A program made the translations under genes and the position numbers. Positions 52,701 through 64,000 of a stretch of 64,000 nt of DNA are shown piece by piece. The notes under the pieces were generated by a model. It searched no databases. It saw only the letters and a list, made by a program, of their open reading frames with translations, and was not told where the DNA came from. Origin of the DNA: the human T2T-CHM13v2.0 reference genome, Homo sapiens; NCBI RefSeq assembly GCF_009914755.1, contig NC_060935.1; one strand, written 5' to 3'. Numbering within the stretch: position 1 is the first letter of the stretch; each line of letters starts with the position of its first letter.

Positions 52701-55555
52701 CTACCAGGTGGAGAAAAAATCTTGACAAAGCAGTTGAAAAGGTGTTGAAGAGTTTGATTAACCAAACAGAGGAATTTCATATGTGAAACAAGATAAAAAC
52801 TATATTTTAGATTATTTGGAGGAATCAAAAGATGTAGCAAAATGAAGAAAGCCTGAGAGTCAGGAAAGCTTAGCTCTGTCATAAACTATTTCTGTGGAAT
52901 TGAGAAGGCTTGGTATCAATTTTCCTGTACACAATAGGTTATCTTTGGATTAATTTTCTGAAATGTCACCATTGCACTAAATGTTTTTGAAAATCATCTT
53001 TTGGATTGATGGAGAAACATTCAAGGATCGCAAGTTTTTAGGTCGCAAAGAAAAATTTTGTAGTCACATTTCAATTGACTAAATTGCTGAAATTATTCAC
53101 ATACTGTAATTGCTATGCTTGACTCTTAAGAAGTATTGAACACTTCCCAAATTCCAAAGTATTGAACACGTACCTTCAAAAGATAAAGATTTGCTGCTGT
53201 TGAGCAATTCAAGTGTTCGTGCTATATTATAGAAATGTCATAAAAAGTTACAATATCTTTGAAGTTCTTTGTCTTTGTTTAAATGTAATCACATTTACTA
53301 ATTGTCACATCTAATTATCATTTGGATCAGAGAGTTGGCATAAAATTACAGAAATGGAATAGATACCCTCTAGAGCCAGGCATGAGTGAGGGTGAAGGAT
53401 ATTGTTGCTACTCTCTGTCACAATTTACACATAATAATTGGTGGTTATATTTGGTCAGGTCCAGTTTGTAAAAGACTCTCGTGGTAAAGCTGAAATGAGT
53501 TTCTGAACTTTGGAGAAGACTAGAATATTATGAAATTTAGATAATGGCAAAAGATAATAAAAGAGTAGTGCCTGTGGGTCTTTGTTTCCCTACTCATTCT
53601 CCTACAGTGTTTGGGAGAAGAAGCCTCCAGGGTATTCGTGGCACTTGATTTCCAGCAGCTGTCAGAGAGGCAGGGCGCTGCTCCAGATCGGGAATAGCTT
53701 GCTCTGCTCAGGGTAATTGGCTCTGCAGCCTCTGTTGAAGAGAGGCAGTCTGACTCATCAAGTTTCTATTTTTGCTCATTTGTTTGTTTTTATGAGAAAG
53801 GAGATGCATGTTTTTTATACCACATATAGATCCTTACCTAGTGAAGAAATCTTTGTTGAAAGAGGTAAGAAAAGTTAACTAATAAAGATTAAAGATATTT
53901 TAAAGTAGGTATCATTCTATATTCAAATTATATCCATTTTTAATGTAAAAATTTTAAAGATTATAGCATAATTATATACACACAACTTAAAAATATATAC
54001 ATATACTATATATATGAAATAATTATACATAAGTCCCTGAAATAATTATACATATGTGTACTTGTGTGTATAAAACATAGCCTATATTGATTCCTAAGAT
54101 TCACTGCAACAAGTGTACTTTGAGTAATGACTCATAGTAAGTTAGATCTGAGGGTTTATTATATAAATAAAATGTTGTTACTGTTCAGTGATCTTACATG
54201 ACTTCAGTAATCTGGAGTAAGGACTAGATGGGCTAATTTCTTAGTGGAGAACTAAAATAGAATTAAACGTATTTGATGGAGTTACAGATTAACTTTGATA
54301 TCCAATATTAAGGAGAAAAAAAAATATTACTCTGCTTACAGAGATCAGTCTGTCAGTGTCAGACTTTTTCCAAATTTTAGTTTCACCTTGAGTAATTTTT
54401 ATTTTAGATCACAAGCTATTTTTAACTTTCTTTCCAAATGGTTTTAGTTTACATACATTTAATATAAAACACACACCCCATACCAAAAGAAAAATGTATA
54501 AGGCATGAAGCATAATTTCTACAACCTTCGATACTGTCATTTTCCCTTTAGACAGCTAAGTTTAAACAGGCTTCTGCCCATTTTCGATGGTGTGTGTTTG
54601 TGTCTTTGAGTATACAAATTTATGTACACATGGTTAATTGTGAAGTACAAAATGCTGTAAGTGAGGATGAGACCCTACAGAATTATTGACAATACAAGTG
54701 GAGCGAAAGAGAATCCACATAAGGTAGACTAGAGAAAAATACATTTCTATTTATTGTTATGGAAAATGGCTGAAACAAGCACAGCCTTCCATGCTTATGA
54801 AAAACTAATCTTACAGCATAGCAGTTCACATCACTGTTTCACAAACTTATGATACATCCTATTGGAGAACATTTAATCAAAAAGCTTATTCAGTTTTGAT
54901 CTTTATGTATGTGAGTTTCCATTTTACTATATTTTACCCATTTAAAACGGTTCTGTTTTTTCTACTTTGATCACCGTTACATCATTATTACTGTGATCAA
55001 AGAGAGCACACGTAAAGAAACAAAAAAAAGTGGTACCATTTAAGCTGTAGTGCAAAGAAAATGAAACTACTGTTTTAGAGTGTAACACACATGTCACTGA
55101 ATCACAAAGTGTAACTGAAGTGATGCTAAACATCAAGACACAGAGTGTTAAAACAATCTAAAGGAAGGTAGTGAATATGCCATGTACCTGGCACAACAGA
55201 CAACCTCTTGGAGAGGGGAAAATCTGGGATAATTCCCCATCTGTGTGAAAACTCACCAGTGATGGCCAGCAGGCTTGCCATTTAAGACCATGTTGAAAAT
55301 GTGAAAAAAAAAAGCTTGGCTGGAAATCAGTGCCTAATGAAGCTATAGAATAGGACGCACTTTTTTTCTTTATTATATATCTTGTGATGTTCTGATTTAA
55401 AATGTCTAATTCATATTGTACACACGCTATGCCTAGATTTACCTACAAAATCCTCAATCAAACAGTTTATCTAATGTTATAAAGCAAAAAATTGCTTACG
55501 GCATAAAGTTTTTATTTTGTTTTGTTTTGTTACCAATTACTTAAAAGGGAAATCA

Positions 55556-55956
<401 letters not shown>

Positions 55957-56107
55957 CTATTGAAAGCAGAAGATAAGAGAAGAAAATAATGAAGGGTCAA
56001 TAGAGAATAAGAGTAGGTGGCCCAAAGGGACATCTTGGAGGCTGATTACCCCATATCCTATGCTCCATCTTTCATGTTTCCCCATTTTTATTCATTTGAA
56101 ATTAAAA

Positions 56108-56408
<301 letters not shown>

Positions 56409-57112
56409 TTAACTGATATTTTTCATCATTCTTAATTTCAGAAACTAAGCATAAAAACAAAATAATATATACAATTATTTCATTAATATGTCCATATTTT
56501 GTTAACATAATAAAATATAAATTTTTACATTATGATTACAGTTTTTAAAATTCACAAATACAGTTTTATCTTTACAAGCCTCAGGAATTTAACCATATGC
56601 TTCCTCTGAAACATGCAAAATATTACATATCAAATCAAATAACATTAGTATTACTTTCTAAATTCAATTTTAACTATCAGTCATATAATCCAGAAGCATG
56701 AAAAAGTAATATTTGAGGAAGTTATCGAAACATTTCACTGTTTTTCAGAACCCTTTAGAAATCAGATCAGAAGGTCATTTGCAATTCGCTAACTGGTTAA
56801 TGACACAATTGAATTTAATAGACTCTAATTCTTTTTCTCTAATGACCAATAGTCAGAGGTCCAATTTCAGAGTTGAAAAATGTCTGCTATTTTCAGCACA
56901 TCTATTTCTAACTTCACATTTGTTTTCTCTGCAAGATAATATTAAATTTAAAAATAAAATAAAGTAAATCATTTTGACTAAATGAACAGCACAAAGCCTT
57001 TGGCATCAGATACATCGGAACCTTGGCTCAAACATTTATTTTCCTTGAAGCTATTCACTACTTAATTAACTTCCCTTGGTCTCAGTTTTTCAATGTATAT
57101 AAAAATGTAAGA

Positions 57113-57373
57113 TTTGGGAGGCCAAGGCCGGCGGATCACGAGGTCAGGAGATCAAGACCATCCTGGCTAACACGGTAAAACCCCGTCTCTACAAAAATAC
57201 AAAAAAAATTAGCCAGGCATGGTGGCAGGTGCCTGTAGTCCCAGCTACTCCAGAGGCTGAGGCAGGAGAATGGCGTGAACCCAGGAGGCGGAGCTTACAG
57301 CGAGTCCAGATCGCGTCACTGCACTCCAGCCTGGGCGACAGAGTGAGACTCAGTCTCAAAAAATAAAAAAAAT
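57113..57373 (+). mobile_element. AluY, 5'-truncated, inserted into a MIR
   Basis: Starts tttgggaggcc; ccatcctggctaacacgg; TSD-like aaaaatgtaaga/aaaaagtaaga. Confidence 0.94.
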
Positions 57374-57647
57374 AAAAAGTAAGATAATATGGAACTTAAT
57401 GTCTGGTCGGTGAGGTAAAAAGGAAATGAGTGTAAAAGAGATATCATTTGTGACCTCCAGACTTAGATCATCATGTAAATATTGGTGCCACCAAATGCAA
57501 AAGAATGAAGAAGGCCAAATGAATGTGTTGATACACGGTGAAGGTTTTGATGGGCAAATGGCCATGGAACATCCACGATACTAGCAGGAAAATGGTTCTG
57601 GTGCTCAACTTTTGTTTTCAGGCTGGAAAAGTAAAGAAGAGGAATCA

Positions 57648-58068
<421 letters not shown>

Positions 58069-58194
58069 TTATCAGGGATAGAAGAGTCTAGATAATAACA
58101 AGTTAGAGAGTATAGTCAGGAGCTAGTATTGAGGAATGAAGCTTAATGAGATGGAGTTTATTAAATAACAATAAATCAAAGTTCTTGGATGATA

Positions 58195-58594
58195 TTTTTG
58201 TTAATCTATTGTTTTGCAACAAATATCCCTAAATATAGTGACTTAAAAATACAACAGTGATTTACAAAATTACAAATTTACAAAATTACAAAAATATAAG
58301 AGTGATTTCCCATGTATCTGGAATTCTGGAATTTGGGGTTGGCTTTTGTCTGAGAAACCCTGTTTTCTCCCTCCAGTAGTCTATACTAGCTTCCTTACAC
58401 TGCAGTTTTAGGGCAATGTTCCATGTTGGTGAAGTCAGAAGCTGCAAGACTTCTTGAGGTCTCAATCCTAGAAAGCACACATAGTCACTTCCACCATATT
58501 CTGTTGGTCACAGTCAAAAGGCCAGTTTAAATTAAAAAGCTGAATTACTTAATAAAAAATATTTTAAAAATTATAACCATATTTAATCTACCAC
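58195..58594 (-). mobile_element. MLT1H/G-like LTR
   Basis: gtgacttaaaaatacaaca, gaagctgcaagac, gtcacttccaccatattctgttggtca; ends aatctaccaca. Confidence 0.7.
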
Positions 58595-59539
58595 AAATGG
58601 AATATCGACTTGGATCATAAAATTACCTGGATTGCAACTGGATTTGAGTTGGAAAAAAATAACAATGACCCATTTACCAAAGATATAATGAATATATCAA
58701 AAGCACCAAAAAACTTGCGGATGATGCAAGGAAAAAGAGATAGTTTCAGCGAGGTAGGATGACTCACAAAGGAACAAATATTATTGTACGATTATAAAAG
58801 TTATAATTTGGATATTGCATATGAAGAATATTGACCTCATGTTCCAGTCTCAGTGTACCTTTTGTTCCAGGGACCCAATGTATCAATGACCTTCTGCTGA
58901 CAGAATCAACAATCCCAAAATATAAGGGGCTTAAAACAATAGACATGTATTTCTTGTTTATGTTAACTGAGGACCACAATTCACTGAGGTTCTGCTCCAA
59001 AACATGATGAAGGTGAGATCTGTTCCATGCATCTTCTTCTTCTAAGACCAGGTTGAAGGGACACTCCTGTCAGTGACGTGGTATTCTCTTGGTAGTGGGA
59101 GGTAAAAGTGTTTAAAACTGAACATTGAAGTTCAGTTTTATAAAATTATACAGGCCAATTATAAAATTGTCCTTGTAGTTTACTTTTGAAAGCAAGTTAT
59201 CTCAGATGTCTAACAATGACAAAGTCTAGTCAAGGTATCCTTGACCCACTTTATCAGGGATTATCTGCCCATGTTGTGGTCAGAATCCTGTACTTATGCC
59301 AAATGGCAGGAAGTGATTTCCAGCACAGTAAATAGACTTTACCCCAGTCGCTTACCCCTAATGTGAGTACAAAGGAGGAAGTAACATAGGTACTGAACTG
59401 AGATTGATGCCCTTATTCGATGAATGTTATAAAAATAGCACCTGGAATATGGTAATTAATTCCTACATTTCCAAATCAGAACAGAGGCTTCCAACAGTTA
59501 AAAATCCTTTCTATTCTCATGATGCACAATGACAGCTTG

Positions 59540-60070
59540 TTTTACATGATTTAGCTAGTAGTGAACAGAATTCGATTTATTAACTTTTTGCAGGAAGAGA
59601 GACAATACACCATTGTGATCTGTGCGCTGTCTTACTAAGAAAGAGTTGAAATGTACTTAACATGGTGTTTGGGCTTTTGCTGAGTGATATAAGGAAGGGC
59701 TTAAGAAAGGTTGGGAGGGTCTGTTTTGGATTAAATTCTGTCAGGAAGCGGGTCAATTATCCTTTTGAATATTTATACTTCTTAATTGGAAACTTTAAAA
59801 TGTTTTTGGTCTAGGAGGTGTGAGGAATGAAACAGAGCTAGAATTGTCCTTGGTAAAAAAGAAAAAAAAGCAGTAGTCTCTCATATTTTGGGGGAGTGGA
59901 GATTTTCTAATAGTATTATAGTATCTTTATATTTTTCTTATATTCGTATATCTTTATAGAGTGGTCTTGTTTTTGCTTAGTGTCATCATGTCACAGAATG
60001 TTTTGCCTTATTATTGTTAAAAGTCTATGAAATTGTTTATGTCTGGTAGAGAATGCTGCTGCTGTTTTGT
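59540..60070. mobile_element. Old LTR (LTR78/79-like)
   Basis: gagtggtcttgtttt, gtcacagaatg and ctatgaaattgtttatgt resemble the LTR78-type consensus as I recall it. Confidence 0.4.
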
Positions 60071-62474
60071 TATTTCTTTTGTATTTATCTTTCTCAAAGG
60101 CTTTAGTTTTTTTTAAATATTGTTTGTATTGTCCTATAGTCGTTATTCTTAACAAGTCCTAATTGGCTTTCTTAATTGTAACTTTTTCTATGAATTAGAA
60201 GGCCTCACTTTCTATGATAGACTTATTAATTGGTTTCATCATTTAGACTTCCTTTAAAACAATCGCTGATATTGACATATCGTAACTTCATCGCTACTCT
60301 CACAACCTCCATTTACAAATATGAGACTACTTGGCAGTAATAACTGTAGTGCTACATATTATTTCCTCTTTAAAAAAGTGTCTGGAGGTACATCTTTGGT
60401 TCTTCTGAAAGGCACTGTGAGAGCAGAGATGTACAGATTAGTTCCTCACTTAGTCTTAGAGAAGACCTTGCAATTTTGCCTTTTCTCTGGCTAGCTAATG
60501 AAAACTAAGTTCTTCACCCAAGTCCTTTACACCCTTTATGCAGCACAACTTTAACACTTTAATTTGAACAAGTCCCATTTCCTCATTTGGTCTCTTGAAA
60601 ATATCTATGAGAAAGGAAACCTTGCTTTGTTCACATCACAGTTCATATTGCAAGATAGTGAGTTCCTAGATGGTTTAAAGATAATTTTAGGGTGTATAAT
60701 CAACCTAATTATATTATCTTTTGGATACAAATCTAAGAACAAACATTACATATAACATGTCTTTGGTTTTGGAAATTACATAATTTTGTTTCTTACTTTA
60801 CCCTTAAAATTTGTGGGAACACTACTCTTAACAATGCTTTGGACTCGTGGTCTTCTGAAATCTTTTGTCCCACTCTAGGCTCTGTTTCCAGCTGAACTTC
60901 CTTGTTAACTCATTTCTATTTTCGTAAAGCTGTTTCATGTTAGCATTTCTTCTTACTTAGACATTCATTTGCTAGTCATCCTACCCACTTTTATTTTTCA
61001 TCAGCTATATTTCTCTAATAATAAGAAAAAACTAGTAGTCATAACTGTCAAACTCTGCATTAGGCTATTTTCCAGTCAGTATCACTGTATATGTTCAAGT
61101 ACTGTATTCACATGCACTGTCTTGGCCAATCTCTTATATAGGAAAGGCAAGCATTGAAGATTGGGTTTTACTAGATGACCTTTGAATCTAAGTTCAATGT
61201 TGAGACTCTATGATTCAAAACACAGTGATAGAAAAATCATAATTTTGCACAGACTTCATATATATACTTTACCACCCTATCCAAGAGCCCTTTCTTGATT
61301 TTCTTATACTAATCAGCACCTCTAGAAAGGATAAGTAAAATTGGTGAATGTACTCTGTAGTATGGATGACTATATGCATATGTAGAAAATCACTAGGCTA
61401 GGTTTAAAAAAAAGTGAGAAAGGAAATAATATCTATAGGTTCACTGCAATTAAATCATCCTATTAAAATAGTTTACAAGAACATATACAAACAGTATGAT
61501 ATACACTGAACATATTATAATAGTTGCTTTTAGATAAGAATATGGCAATGGGAGAGTGAATAAATGGAATAAATACATTAATGAAACAAGATAAGAGCAA
61601 GACATATCAATGAGATAGTTTGACATGAATTCATAAGTCTTTTTTTAGTCTTCTGCACATGATATTCAATAAAATACATACATAAAATAGCACTCATCTC
61701 TATGCCTATTGCCTATTTAATTTTCTAGTCTGTATTTATGGTTTCTAATAAAAAGTTAATTAATTTATTCTTTATTATTTGCCTCTGCTAACCTTTTCTG
61801 ACCAGCAAGTTACTTTCCTAAGAGGAGATAATTTTGTTTCTTTTTTTTTTTTTTTACTGTTGTATCACCAGTACCAAAAATAATACCTGACATCTACTAA
61901 ATATGAAAATATTAATTATATTAATTAATTAATTATACGAATAACTATGATGAAGTTGATTTTTTTTATATTATCTCTAACTTAAAATTTAAAAGTAAGA
62001 ATCTGTAATGGGCTTAAGTTATTCATGGTAGTGGGAAGATATTTTAATAACGATCAGTGGGTGATTGATTTCTGGTTCAATACCTTTCTCAGTTGAAATG
62101 ACAAATCAAATTAGAGTTTTACCTCAAGTGCCATTTGAAAATGAATAAAATATAATCGATATGACATGAAAGGAGATATTCATTATTGAAAGTTGTATTC
62201 TGACCCAGAGAAAACACTAACTGCTATACCCGTATTACTAACTTCCAGCATGAGCTATTTTTAAAGTTTTAATAAACTGAAGAGAATCATCTTGCCTCAA
62301 AAACATGTGGAAAGGTAGAAAAAAATATGTGTATTGTTATATATATACACACATGCATATATGTGTATTTATGCATTCTATAATTCAGCTCATGGCCCCT
62401 CCAGTGGGGCAGAGATCCTAAAGCTTTGGTGGGTGACAGAATCTCTTGCAAAGCTGCTTAAAAGTGAACATTTT

Positions 62475-62528
62475 GGCCAGGAACAGTTATTCATGCCTGT
62501 AATTCCAGCACTTTGGGAGGCTGAGGCA
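62475..62528 (+). mobile_element. Alu 5' stub (about 54 nt)
   Basis: ggccaggaacagttattcatgcctgtaattccagcactttgggaggctgaggca, then an abrupt switch to TA/TG-rich sequence. Confidence 0.85.
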
Positions 62529-62667
62529 TATGTATGTATGTGAATACATATGTGCCATATAAAGGTTTAAATACACATATATGTGTATATATGTGTATAT
62601 ACACTTATGTGCCATATATGAGGTTCATATATACACATATAATGTGTATATATGCGTGTGTGTGAAT

Positions 62668-62734
62668 ATAGTTATGTGTCCCATAACAATGTTTTGGTCA
62701 ACAACAAATCCCGTATACAATGGTGGTCTCATAA
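62668..62734 (+). mobile_element. Tigger3/MER7-like terminal fragment
   Basis: agttatgtgtcccataacaatgttttggtcaacaac...gtatacaatggtggtctcataa resembles the Tigger3 5' end after CpG decay. Confidence 0.65.
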
Positions 62735-62736
62735 TG

Positions 62737-62782
62737 GTGTGTCTGTGTGTGTGTGTGTGTGTGTGTGTATGGTGTGTGTGTG
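62737..62782. repeat. (TG)n microsatellite, imperfect
   Basis: TG dinucleotide run. Confidence 0.93.
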
Positions 62783-63133
62783 TTAAATAAATGCTACTCT
62801 TGAAAAACATAATAAAGTCAGTATTCCTGTGGCCAAGTAACCATTTGAAGAAATATTTGTCCTTTGTTTGGTGCAAAGGACCAAATGATGTTTATACTTT
62901 TTTTCAGAGAATACTACACACTTTACACATCTCAGCATGAAATTAGTATCACAAAATCTTTCTATTTATTTACAGTTTTATTTAACTGCCTGATTTGTCC
63001 AAAATATTCTCAAAGAAGTGAGCAAATAGAAATGATAGTGTTTGTTGTCTATAAAACCTTTTTGTAAATGAGCAATGATCATTACACTGTTTCTACTATT
63101 AACTTAAACAAGAACATTTGTCAGATTTGTTCA

Positions 63134-63478
<345 letters not shown>

Positions 63479-63585
63479 CCCACAAATACTGTTTTTGAAT
63501 ACCACCTGAGGAGGACCAGACCCATGTATAGATATTGGGGTTACATCAGTGAGAACCCTGATTATTTTGAGTTTCTTATCTGATG

Positions 63586-63765
63586 CAGTGGATTTCAAAC
63601 CTGTTTAAATATTGGAAACGTCCAACGGATTTAAGAAGTACCAAAATCTGAGTCCCATTCCAGGCCAAAAAAATAGAAATATCTGGGGATAGGACTCCAA
63701 CATTTGAGTAGTTTTAAAGGATCTCCAGATGATATCAGTATGGTGCCCAAGTTTACAACTGCTTG
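63586..63765. mobile_element. MER5-family hAT DNA transposon relic
   Basis: cagtggatttcaaac...atctggggatagga...ttttaaaggatctccagatgat...ccaagttt. Confidence 0.65.
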
Positions 63766-64000
63766 TCCAAAAAGTGACATATACCAGCAAATAAAAAAAT
63801 TTCTTCAGCTGAGCTAAGCCTAGGGAAAAAAAAACAAACCAAATTTCTAATCACTGCGGTAAGTGCTACAATATAAAATTCCCTGGAGCCAACAGGGACA
63901 AGAGGATCATTAGGTGAGGGAATGGGGGGAAGAGACATAGTTTCAAAAGTCTTCTCACAGGAAATATCAATTAAACTAGGATCTGAAGAATAAAAGAAGT

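Noticed and set aside
62393-62412. CTCF-like motif
   Set aside because: Mismatches at core positions in both orientations

Overview
This is AT-rich, gene-poor primate genomic DNA, most likely human given the AluY, AluS, AluJ and MER9 elements, and it reads as intergenic or deep-intronic. I recognise no protein-coding exon, CpG-island promoter or functional RNA gene, and I cannot name the locus. The ORF track is explained mostly by Alu, L1, LTR and low-complexity sequence or by chance. The window is a fossil record of transposons: 18 Alu/FLAM copies or fragments, L1, L2, MIR and CR1 pieces, many MaLR/ERVL/ERV1 LTRs, a MER9 (HERV-K9/HML-3) solo LTR with a perfect 6-bp TSD, and a decayed ERVL integrase fragment. 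The most notable observations are a tailless 5S rRNA retropseudogene primed by microhomology (31831-31872), a rearranged inverted Alu trio (40551-41270), and a tailless AluY fused to a 37-bp templated copy of nearby DNA between two copies of an older 158-bp duplication (7037-8505). There are also several micro-scale template-switch scars, a marked + strand bias of Alu/L1 insertions, and several unique, CpG-retaining, motif-dense segments that look like conserved enhancers (best at 49280-49670). I found no convincing evidence of a wholly new biological system. Repeat subfamily names come from my recall of consensus sequences, and the boundaries of old elements are approximate.
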